Origin: Balanoglossus misakiensis
Taxonomy: Eukaryota > Animalia > Hemichordata
Assembly (NCBI GenBank): GCA_040954595.2
Contig: CM082589.2
Span: 9,002,894-9,066,893, forward strand
DNA: 64,000 bases
Reading direction: 5' to 3'
Positions 49,301 to 60,700 of this stretch are shown here, piece after piece (position 1 is the stretch's first letter; each line of letters begins with the position of its first letter). The position numbers and the translations under genes are program-made. Under the pieces are notes generated by a model. The model saw only the letters and a list, made by a program, of their open reading frames with translations. It had not been told where the DNA came from and did not search any database.

Positions 49301-50951
49301 TGTACTTGTACTTGCATGTACAAATGAGAGCTATCATTAGAGTGGACAAGCAGGTGAGACTTAGTCTTGTACACACTCTTAACACCAAAGGTCTTTCGAT
49401 ATTTATTGCATGTAAATTTGGCAATATGGAATGATCTGTGATGCTGTTGCATGCCCAACTTCGAAGGACATTTTTCCCCCCACAAATATGACATAGGTGA
49501 ATTTCATCTTAGTGTTTAGCTTCATGCCATTTCATACCAAGATAAGATTAGCAGAAAATCCACAAACTTGCGGCGCACAAAACCTCTCTTTGTATGTGAA
49601 GATTTATGTTCATCAAGCCTCACCCTCTCATGAAAACCTTTACCACAAAAAGAACACCAGTATAGGAAGGTATTTGTATGTACTCTGAAATGTTTGAATA
49701 GTCCAGTACAAGTCTTAAATGTCTTTTGGCACACATTGCAGACTTTTTGCAAAGTTCAGGGATTGGCTGCTCTGCCACTATCCTCAGAATGGCTTGCCTG
49801 GAAAAGAAAGAAAAAACATAAAGCATCACTTACTATCATATGGTACTCATCACAGGCGTGATGTGGAATGGGTAACTGTGTACCAAATTTACGTTCTTCG
49901 ACGTTGTGTAATTTGTAAATAACAGGACGTCAAGGAACACACTGTTGCCTCACTACTAAATCCACAGGTGCTCGTGGACTTGTGCTGTCACAGGGGAGAG
50001 CGAATGGGGGGATCTGCTAGGAGCGATTTCCTTCGCTCCCATTCGCTCTCCCCTGTGACAGCACACGTCCACGAGCACCTGTGATCAAATCCACATAACG
50101 GATCACGCCGAGCACTTATGGACACCGGCCAATGCATGTAGGAATTCACACGGTTTCCAAATTTTGTCGAAGTGATTTAGAAATGCACCGTGCGAGTGTA
50201 CAAACGGAAATGTAATACGAGGTACGACTGCGTTCCAGTGTTTACTTACTGTGTACAGTATAGGAAAGTATACCACATGCACACTGTAAATCAAATTTTG
50301 GCGAAGATCTCTGAAAAAACTACCGCAACTAGTGTATCGAAACTTTACACGGTGGCGCTTTGTTATAATAGTTGTTCGTTGATCATAGTCTTAAATGCGA
50401 AAAGGTTTCCAACTAGGTATAAAGAGAAGAAAATCGTAATACGAGGTACGACTGCGTTCCAGTGTTTACTGTGTACAGTATAGGAAAGTATACCGCATGC
50501 ACACGGTAAATCAAATTTTGGCGAAGATCTCTGAAAAAACTACCGCGACTAGTGTATCGAAACTTTACACGGTGGCGCTTTGTTATAATAGTTGTTCGTT
50601 GATCATAGTCTTAAATGCGAAAAGGTTTCTGACTAGGTATAAAGAGAAGAAAATCGCTTACCTGCGACAACTTTCCAAACGGCAATGGCGGACGCGGGGC
50701 GCCCCTAGTGGCGAAAATGTGTATATTGGATGTCACGCTTTAAAGAATCAGACGTAAAACTATACAGAACTATGCTCCACTATAAAGCATTTTCGGCTGT
50801 ACTTAGTAGGCTGGATGTCACACTATGTGTTTAACACGTGCTTTACTTGGGGTTTGGATGCTCTACACATAATGTCTATGGAGGGCCTGATGGTGAAGGC
50901 CTTGTCAGATTGTTATTGGAACACAAAGCTGATGTGACCATATCAAACAAG
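46314..50951 (+). pseudogene. Ankyrin exon A4 split by a transposon (46314-46358 + 50895-50951; NGDTPLHYAVRGCHG|EGLVRLLLEHKADVTISNK)
   Basis: Removing 46359-50889 and one ATGGT restores a 102-bp exon with intact splice sites. Confidence 0.9.
46359..50889 (-). mobile_element. 4531-bp long-TIR element with 5-bp TSD, copy 2, inverted relative to copy 1
   Basis: atggt|caggccctcc ... ggagggcctg|atggt; TIRs 46359-47126 and 50122-50889; interior is the near-identical reverse complement of copy 1. Confidence 0.93.
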
Positions 50952-51134
50952 GTAAATACCAACATGACTTCTGCAGGTTAATTCTATCAATGCGGATATA
51001 TTTTTTCATTTGTTTGTGTCTTTGTCTATTTGTTTGTTTGTTTGTTAGTTTGTTCGTTTGTTTGTTTAAGAAAATTTCACATTACATTTCAATTTTGTGA
51101 CATTATTCTCATGCTCCTCCTTCATTACTTACAG

Positions 51135-51236
51135 ACAGGAGACACCCCTTTGCATTATGCGGCAAGGAGGGATGGTGGTGAAGGCCTTGTCAGATTGTTA
51201 TTGGAACACAAAGCTGATGTGACAATACAAAACGAG
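51135..51236 (+). CDS. Ankyrin exon A5 (TGDTPLHYAARRDGGEGLVRLLLEHKADVTIQNE)
   Basis: 102 bp, acttacag / GTAATA. Confidence 0.88.
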
Positions 51237-51398
51237 GTAATACCAACTTGACTTCTGCAGGTTAATTCTATCAATGCGGATATATTTATTCATTTTATTG
51301 TGTGTTTGTCTATTTGTTTGTGTGTTTGGTTAAGGAAATTTCACATTACATTTCAATTTTGTGACATTATTCTCATGCTCCTCCTTTATTACTTACAG

Positions 51399-51500
51399 AC
51401 AGGAGACACCCCTTTGCATGATGCAGCAAGGCGGGATGGTGGTGAAGGCCTTGTCAGATTGTTATTGGAACACAAAGCTGATGCTAACATACAAAACAAA
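51399..51500 (+). CDS. Ankyrin exon A6 (TGDTPLHDAARRDGGEGLVRLLLEHKADANIQNK)
   Basis: 102 bp, acttacag / GTAAAT. Confidence 0.88.
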
Positions 51501-51652
51501 GTAAATACCAACCTGACTTCTGCAGGTTTATTCTATCAATGCGGATATATTTATTCATTTATTTGTTTGTTTGTTTGTTCGTTTAAGGAAATTTCACATT
51601 ATATTTCAATTTTTGTGACATTATTCTCATGCTCCTCCTTCATTACTTACAG

Positions 51653-51754
51653 GATGGAGACACTCCTTTGCATGATGCAGCAAGGAGGGATGATGGTGAA
51701 GCCCTTGTCAGATTGTTATTGGAACAAAAAGCTGATGCTAACATACAAAACAAG
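51653..51754 (+). CDS. Ankyrin exon A7 (DGDTPLHDAARRDDGEALVRLLLEQKADANIQNK)
   Basis: 102 bp, acttacag / GTAAAT. Confidence 0.88.
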
Positions 51755-51906
51755 GTAAATACCAACCTGACCTCTGCAGGTTTATTCTATCAATGCGGAT
51801 ATATTTATTCATTTATTTGTTTGTTTGTTTGTTTGTTTAAGGAAATTTCACATTAGATTTCAATTTTTGTAACATTATTCTCATGCTCCTCCTTCATTAC
51901 TTATAG

Positions 51907-52005
51907 GATGGAGACACCCCTTTGCATTATGCAGCAAGGTTTCGTGATGAAGGACCTGTCAGATTGTTATTGGAACACAAAGCTGATGCTAACATACAAA
52001 ACAAG
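51907..52005 (+). CDS. Ankyrin exon A8 (DGDTPLHYAARFRDEGPVRLLLEHKADANIQNK)
   Basis: 99 bp, acttatag / GTAAAT. Confidence 0.88.
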
Positions 52006-52153
52006 GTAAATACCAACCTGACTTCTGCAGGTTTATTCTGTCAATGCGGATATATTTATTCATTTATTTGTTTGTTTGTTTGTTTAAGTAAATTTCACAT
52101 TATATTTCAATTTTTGTGACATTATTCTCATGCTCCTCCTTCATTACTTACAG

Positions 52154-52234
52154 AATGGAGACACTCCTTTGCATGATGCAGCAAGGAGGGATGGTGGTGA
52201 AGCCCTTGTCAGATTGTTATTGGAACACAAAGCT
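52154..52234 (+). pseudogene. Ankyrin exon A9, truncated at a duplication breakpoint (NGDTPLHDAARRDGGEALVRLLLEHKA)
   Basis: Acceptor intact; after aaagct the sequence switches to a copy of 40861 onward. Confidence 0.85.
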
Positions 52235-52235
52235 T

Positions 52236-54653
52236 GTCGATTGTATCTGTTGATGTGGAGACAGAATCAGTGTGGGCTCCCTCAACGTCTGGTTCAGTCC
52301 CATCAATCAATCAATCAATCAACAAAGTTTATATAGCGCCAAAATCCCCCATGCACTACAGTTGTAGTCGTTATAGTAGGGTTTTCCTTCAAGATGAAAC
52401 CAGACACGCTCTCAGTGCCCTTGTAATCAGGGATGTCTGTCAGAACTTCGTTATAAGTCGTTTCGTATAACTGCATTACGGTTAACTCTAACGAGGATTC
52501 TGTTTCAGTCATTCTAGTTTCAGATTTAGCATCAGCGCCAGTATCTTCTGTGACATCTGTTGACATTTTTGAATAACTGGTGTCAGTAACATCAGAGCTA
52601 ACATGGTCTGTATACCCAGGTGTATTCGACACTGGTTCACCTGTAATGTAAAACCCACAAGATATAACTGGTTTAGGATAAGTGGTATTCAAAGAAGCGT
52701 TGGGTCACAAAAGGGCGCCATGTTTACTTCGGCTTGTATTAGTGATTCATTGAAGTCTGTTAGGTCCATATCTGACAAGAAACTGCCACGCTGAATATTG
52801 CAATTTCTGGTAACATCATTCATTCAAACTGCAATAAATCGATGGTGCAGATCGGATACACCTCTTAGTAAAACGGGTTTCCCATTTATTTTTGGAGGAC
52901 GTTTACACTTATTTTGTCTGCCGGTAATGTGGATAATGTAACGTTCTCGCGACGAAGGTTTTATTAGACACGCAAGAGAGAACCAATACAAGAAGTGGCG
53001 ATGCAGTTCTTTTCTGAGATGGCGACATTTCAGTACTTGCATGTCGCAACCGTTCGTGACTCAAGTTACATCTATTTAGAGTTCAACATATTAACAAACA
53101 TGATAAAATTATTACGCCACAACTTTGCAATACAATGAAACTGCACACAACACCACATTTAGATTGTGCAAAAACAGACCTACAGTAGCCCACAAATATA
53201 AATAATCTCAATTCAGCGCGGACTTTTTCATCAACAGTTCCAGTTTTACCTAGTGTGAACATGGTATCAGTCTACAGTTTGGTTCAGTGGTTCAACCACA
53301 TGCAGTAAAAACCTGTCGAAATGGAACATGCCATATCTGGAAAACTGTCTATAATGAACACATTTTCCTGTCCCCTTGACATAGAACCACGTGTTAAAAG
53401 AACCTTTACAAACCGGAAACATCTGTAAACTGAACAATTTCTTCTGTCCCTTTGGTGTTCGGATTAGACGGGTTTTACTGTACATGTGTTTTGGTCATAG
53501 AGAATTGTCACTCAACCTTAGAAAATACCATTATTATGATCTTTCATATTCAAATCTATATCAGTCTATTACTGAAATAACACACCATCGTAATCAAAAC
53601 CATTATTACAATAGTGACTGAAGCTCATTGTGATGAAATTCCTAGAGTTTCTTCATCAAAAGATCAAGCAGTTGACTCACATTGCAAGTATCAGATTTGT
53701 GATGTCATTTTTATGCCAACATTAAACGTCTTTATTCCAGAATGATTCAACAGCATTGCATGCAGCGTCCTTCAAAGGTAAATTGGATGCTGTCAGGGTG
53801 TTGATTAGCCATGGTGCAGATGTCAATGCGAAGGATGAGGTACGTGAACTGACTTATCACTTTATTATGGATAACATGGCCACACAATTGGATAATAAAA
53901 AAAATGCCTTTGAAAAAGACCTAATTACAACACTCTTATTTTCATCCAAAATTACTTTGCATGATCCAAATTCAATGGGAAGAAACAAGCTAACCCTGAA
54001 CAAGAAGAGGGAAAGGCCAAAAAGTATTACCCATACTGATTTAGTTTTACTAACCATGATACCCTTGGGATCCAGCCATAGGAAGGACAGTGGGACACAT
54101 TGCACTCTAAATTTAACAATCTTTACAATTTAGCCAAAGATGTTGAACCATAGTGTATTTGACACATTTGTTCCGAATGAATAAATATGTTCCAGAAAGT
54201 AAATTTTGATGGATTTTTTTGTGTTTCACCAAAGTTAACAAATTTTTATTTTTTTTCAAGCCATCTCTGAAATTTTGCTGGCAATCTTTTTTTAAATCTT
54301 CCAGATCCCCTCCATCCTTAGTTAAGCTATGGAGTCTAAAACATCCAATGTTAAAAACTATATGACCAGTCAAAGCGTTTTCCTCGCTGTTAGAATCAAT
54401 TGAGATTCTTCACCGTCATTCTTTGATCTGTATTCATTTTAACAGTGGGCAATTTTCATTTTGTGTGTAGAAGGACTGTGGATTATCCTTTCATATCAGT
54501 CAGTATGCCATTCTTGCTTGTTTTTTGCAATATGGCTGATACTTTTGATATTTGTTTATTTATTTGTAGGTTTGTTTGTTTGTTTAAAGAAACCTCATAT
54601 TACATTTCAATTTTGGTGACATTGTTCCCATGCTTCTCCTTCATTACTTACAG
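52236..54653 (+). repeat. Direct segmental duplication of 40861-43143
   Basis: Near-identical ORF pairs (40932/52315, 41375/52824, 41835/53267, 42603/54113) with several copy-specific indels. Confidence 0.95.
53741..53839 (+). CDS. Ankyrin exon A1' (duplicate of A1; NDSTALHAASFKGKLDAVRVLISHGADVNAKDE)
   Basis: 99 bp, same splice sites as A1, one S>R change. Confidence 0.8.
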
Positions 54654-57600
54654 AAGAACAGAAGATACAGGTTCTAAGAAGCAAAAAGGAACTGAAAAAC
54701 TCAGATTCCTACAGAAGAGTGTTCTTGCGATCTAGTAAATCTCATGCAGAACGCATGTTGGAATTGAATACGCGTACTTTATTGAATGAACTACCGAATG
54801 GTGCTGAATTTCGTATAACTGGCAGTGGACGCATCGTAAGAAAAAACCCCATGGAACCCTCACGTCAACGTCACACTATGGAATCAAACGACGCGCGCGA
54901 ATAGGATTTACTCCAAGCCCAATGGAACTTTAACTCGTCTTTGAAGATAGCCCATTTGAATGTAAGTGGTTGGACTGATGCGAACGCTGGCCTCAGATCA
55001 GCAATTGTTTACGCCCACGAACCCGATATTTTTAGTGTAAATGAGACACACTTAACAAGTAATGCTTCCATACAAGTTGACGGATATCATTGGTTTGGAA
55101 AAAATAGACAACAAACTCATGTAAGGTCCACCAGAACATTTGGGGGTGTGGGAATTCTCGTTAAGAAAAATCTTGATCAAGATTTTTTCATTTCTGTTGT
55201 TAGCTCCGGTTATGAGGGAATTCTTGGTTTGAAATTCGTTCACAAAGTAACCGATTTTACTTTTGTACTGTTCACATGTTATTTACCACCAGAAAACTCC
55301 CCTTGGGGTAGAGATGCTACGTCTTTTTTTGGTTATCTTTTGAATGAACTGTATTTATTAGATGACGTTGACAGCGTTATAATTTGCGGTGACCTCAATG
55401 CTCGAATCGGTGCATTGCATGACTCAATAATGGGTGTTGATGATAATATTCCAATAAGGCAGGTGCTTGATACGTATGTAAATCAGCACGGTCACTCTTT
55501 CATAGAATTTCTGAACGACGCAAGAATGCATGTATTGAACGGTCGATATTCAAATGAGTGTAATGACTTCACATCTGTTTCAACTCGTGGCAAGGCAGTC
55601 GTGGATTTTATCGTTGTTCCTCATGACTCTGCTGCACTCTGTACAGATTTTGAAGTCCAGAAAATGTCTGACTTTGTGGAAAACCATGGTTTATTTCACT
55701 TTCTTAATGAGCGTAGTAAAATTCCTGACCACTCCATTCTCAGCTTTAGGTTCTTGGTTAGACCTGGTACTAATGATTGCACACCCGGGCTACCAAATCG
55801 TATCAATGGTGAACAAACCTGTAGGAAATATCGGTTAGATTCTATGCCAGTTGATTTTATGCAATCAGAGACTACTAAAAATGCCCTTTTGCTTATGATT
55901 GACCGGATAGAAAGTGTTGTTGAAAATCAAACCAACATCGATGCCATATATACAGAGCTCAGTGATTGCATAATAGCCAATATGGACGAATCTATCCCAC
56001 ATTTTGATTGTACTAAACAGACCAGAAAACGGTTCAAGTCTAACAAACCGTTCTGGAATGAAGAGTTGAAGACACTGTGGCAGATTATGAGACTTAAAGA
56101 AAAGGAGTTTATGAAGCGTAATAGAGGTCAAACAGGTTATCACATTCTCAGAGCAGATTTTAAAAATGCTCAACATTTATTTGACAAGCGTTTACGTTTC
56201 CATGAACGTAACTATATGAGGGGTGTTCAATTAGATATCGAAGAAATTTGTACAAACAACCCTAGGAAATTTTGGGATCACATAGAGCGTATTGGACCGG
56301 TTAAAAAGAGCAAAAATAACATTCCAATGGAAGCTTATAATGAGGCTAATGAGATTATATGTGACCCCGAGCAGGTTTTAAACACCTGGCAACATGATTT
56401 TTCTACTTTATATAATGGGGACAGAAATGACCAGGTGTTATTCGATGACGAATTTTATAGAACTACTGTGCATCATAAATTGGTTTTAGAAAATAACCAG
56501 TTAGATCCCCTTTTTGAACAAAATCATGTGATCAATAGGAATTTTACCTTTTTGGAGGTTAAAAAAGCTGTTATGAAGGGAAAAAATAAAAAAGCCCCAG
56601 GTGTGGACAAAATACCATATGAGGTGTTGAAACGTGATAACGTTATCAGTGTCCTTGTTCACTTGTTCCAACTGTGTTTTGACTCGGGCAAAATACCTTG
56701 TGCTTGGAGGAAAAGTATTATTTTACCGATTTTGAAATGTAAAACAAGTGATGCTAGAGTACCACTTAATTACAGGGGTATAAGTTTAATTTCTGTAATT
56801 TCAAAAATATATAGTGCTGTATTAAACAATAGATTAATATGTTTTCTTGATAACAACAATTTGCTTGTAGATGAACAGAATGGGTTTCGTAAAGATAGGT
56901 CATGTGAAGATCATGTCTATACTTTAACTTCTATTATTAGAAATAGGCTTAACAATAATCTTTCCACCTTCGTTACTTTTGTTGACCTACAAAAGGCCTT
57001 TGACTTTGTTGACAGAAACCTTCTTCTTTATAAACTTTTAATTAACAACATTAATGGTAAGATGTATAATTCGATTTCTGCCATGTACTCAAATACCTCA
57101 GCGTGTGTAAAGGTTAACAACTGTTATTCTGATTGGTTTAACACAGACATTGGTGTTAGACAGGGTGACAACTTATCACCAACGTTGTTTGCTTTGTTTA
57201 TCAATGATTTGGCAGCTGGTTTGAAAAATCTTCAAAAAGGAGTACAGATCGGTGGTGATAATGTGTCTATCTTGTTATATGCTGATGACATTGCAGTTAT
57301 CTCTGATAATGAAGAAAATATGCAGCAAATGTTGGATTTTATTACGGACTGGTGTATAAAGTGGCGACTTCAGATAAATATCAAGAAATCTCACGTTGTT
57401 CATTTTAGAAAAAGGTCATATGCTAGAAGTGATTTCATGTTTTATATGTCAGGAGTGAAAATTGATTATGTTAAGAATTGTAAATATCTCGGGGTTATAT
57501 TTGATGAATGTTTAAATTTCAGAATTATGTCGGAGTTATTATCAGAATCAGCCAATAGAGCTCTAGGTTATATTTGTTCTAAATTTAAATCCATCAAGAA

Positions 57601-57712
57601 AATGGGATTTAAGACATTCTCAAAACTTTATGACAGTTGTGTCGTTCCAATTATGGATTACTGCTCAGGAATATGGGGTTTTAATAATTCCATGAATAGT
57701 AATAAGATTCAA
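54654..57712 (+). mobile_element. Non-LTR retrotransposon (possibly RTE-X-like), 5'-truncated in ORF1 and interrupted at 3'
   Basis: ORF1-like tail 54654-54904 followed by a long APE-RT ORF; breaks at the start of the tandem array. Confidence 0.9.
54941..57712 (+). CDS. LINE ORF2: AP endonuclease plus reverse transcriptase, C-terminus missing
   Basis: HLNVSG, VNETHL, CGDLNAR, IPDH; KAPGVD, NYRGISL, EQNGFR, DLQKAFD, GVRQGDNLSP, LLYADD, YLGV; the last ~15 aa of the listed ORF are read-through into the repeat. Confidence 0.93.
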
Positions 57713-60700
57713 TTAAAGCTGCAAGCAGCGTTGGGGGGGCACAAGCGGTTCCCATGGTGACCAGCAAATGCCACGGCTGTATCTGCTGAGGATACCAAGA
57801 TATGGGAAAGTAGGTCAGAGGTCAACTGAGGTCACCCCAAATTTGGGCAAAGAAATTGCACCCCATACTAGTCTAGATCCAACAAAAAACCAGACCCCTA
57901 GCCCTATTGGTTCGCCTGCAATTAGTTATGCACATAATTAATGAGTCTTGTGTAAGACTCCATTATGTGCTCAATCCCCATAAAAGCCAGGGCTCTAACT
58001 GCTCTGGATGCTGAGATATGGGAAAGTAGATCAAAGGTCACCCAAGGTCACCCAAAATTAGGGCATAAAATTTTGACCCCAGAGTGGGCCATGTCCAACC
58101 AATACCAGACCTCTAGCCCTATTGGGTAGCATGGAATTAGATATGCAGAAAAATGATGTTTCAGAAATAGGTCAAAGGTCATTGTCAAAATTACCAAAAT
58201 ATTTGTGTCATGTCCTGGCAGCATTGGTACCCATGTCCACAAAATTCATGACTGTGGTGCTTTGACAAGAGGAGGTATGGGGAATATGCATATATAATTA
58301 GTTGTTTTAAAACTGGGTCAAAGGTCATGTGAAAATTGCCCTGAAAAATTGTGACAACTTCCGGTCAGATGATGACTCATATCCAAAAAAAGAATGTCCA
58401 TGCTGTCAACATTTTGGCTACAAAACGGAATTATCACTTTTCAATGGTTTTCCGAAAATCCAACATGGCCGCCATAATGATCGACCAATCACAGTGCGCT
58501 TCGCAAACTTGATGGACATAGGTTAGGTGACCACATATCCCAAATCCCGAGACTCGGTAACCGCTGGTTCTGGAGAAGAAGATTTTTAAAGTTTTAAGTA
58601 GTTTTTCAGAAAAACAATTGTAGCAAAAAAACTTTATGTATGACGTCATGATTTCAATGGGGTAAAATGATGGACAGAAGGTAGGCTACCTGCACACCAA
58701 ATGTGAACTCGATCGGCCCAGTAGTTTTTGAGAAGGACTCATTTAACGATTTTCAGGAAATCCAATATGGCCGCCAGGTCACGTGACTAATTAAATATTC
58801 ACGAGCCACTGCACGTCTACTCATTGGCCCCCACCACCCTACCAAGTTTCAGCCCCCTAGGTGCTGCGGTTTTCCAGATCTACCTGGCCGAAAATCTCAG
58901 AAGAAGAAGAATAATAATAATAATAATTAAAGCTGCGAGCAGCATTGTCGGGCCCAAGCGCTGATCTTGAATTATATATGCACAGTATGAATGAGAAGAA
59001 ACATAATTTTCTATCGGATGTATTATCTCATGACATAACAAGGATGTGTGTATTTTTGCTGCTGAAATAGGGTGAAGTAGGTCTAAGGTCACCTGAGGTC
59101 ACCCAATATTTGGGCAATTTTTTTTTACCCATACTGGTCCATGTCCAACAAAAACCAAAACTCTAGCTCTATTGGTTCGCCTGTAATTAGGTATGTGCAT
59201 ATTTAATGAGGTCAGCAGGTGTTACAGGTGACCCAAAAATGTGGCTTTACATTTTGGTCCCTTCCTACCAAATGCCATGGCTGTATCTGCTCTGGATGCT
59301 GAGATATGCGAAAGTAGGTCAAAGGTCACCAGAGGTCACCCAACATTTGGGCAAAAAATGTTGATCCCATACTGGTCCATGTCCAACAAAAACCAAACAT
59401 CTAGCTCTATCGGTTGGCCTGTAATTAGCTATGCACATAATCAATGAGGTCAGCAGAGGTCAAAGGGCTCTTGAAAAGTGGCAAAATATTTTGATCACAC
59501 ACTAATCCACATTCATCAAAAACCAAACGTCTAGCCCTATAGGTTAGCCTGGAATTAGATATGCAGAAATAATAACGCGTGATAAGTAGGTCAAAGGTCA
59601 TGTGAAAAATCGCCAAAAAATTGTAACATATTTTAGTCACATGACGATTGATATCCATAAAAAGAATTTGTATGCTATCAATTTTTAGACTAGAAAAAGG
59701 AATTTCAATTTTTCACTGCTTTTTACAAAATCCAATATGGCCGCCATAATCTTCGACCAATCACAATGTTCTTTGCAAACTTGATAGACATCAGTGTAGT
59801 GACCATACTCCCCGAATCTTCCGATTCAGTCATCGCCCGTTCTGGAGAAGAAGATTTTTGGAGTTTAACTATGGTTTTTCGAAAATCCAATATGGCCGCC
59901 ATAATCTTCGACCAATCACAATGTTCTTTGCAAACTTGATAGACATCAGTGTAGTGACCATACTCCCCGAATCTTCCGATTCAGTCATCGCCCGTTCTTG
60001 AGAAGAAGATTTTTGGAGTTTAACTATGGTTTTTCGAAAATCCAATATGGCCGCCATAATCTTTGACCAATCACAATGATCTTCGCAAACTTGATAGACA
60101 TCAGTTAGGTGACCACATACCACAAACCGCGTGACTCGGTTATCGCCGGTTCTGGAGAAGAAGATTTTTGAAATTTTGACCAGATTTCAGAAAAACAACT
60201 GTAGCAAAAAAACTGCAACATTGACAGAAAAATATCCAATTACAAAAATGATGGGCAGAGGGTATACTACCAGCACGCCAAATCTGAAGTCGATCTGACT
60301 TGTAGTTTCTGAGATCTGAGATTTGCATTTTTTCAGAAAATCCAATATGGCCGCCAGGTCAAGTGACTAATTAAATATTCACAAGTCACTGCACATCTAC
60401 TTATTGACCTTGACCACTGTAGCAAGTTTGAGCAGTGAACCTGCAGTAGTTTCAGAGATCTCGTTGGCCGAAGAATTGACACAAGAAAAAAGAAAGAAAG
60501 AAAGAAAGAAAAACCCCAACGAAACCAATAGGGCCCAAGCGCAAGCAAGCGCTTGGGCCCTAAAGAAAGAAGAAAGAAGGAAAGACAGATTAAAGCTGCA
60601 AGCAGCATTGTCCGGGCCCAAGCTCTATTATCTGATCAGATTATTAGATATGCACATCATTAATGAGTAGAACCATAATGCTGTGTTTTATCCCATGAAA

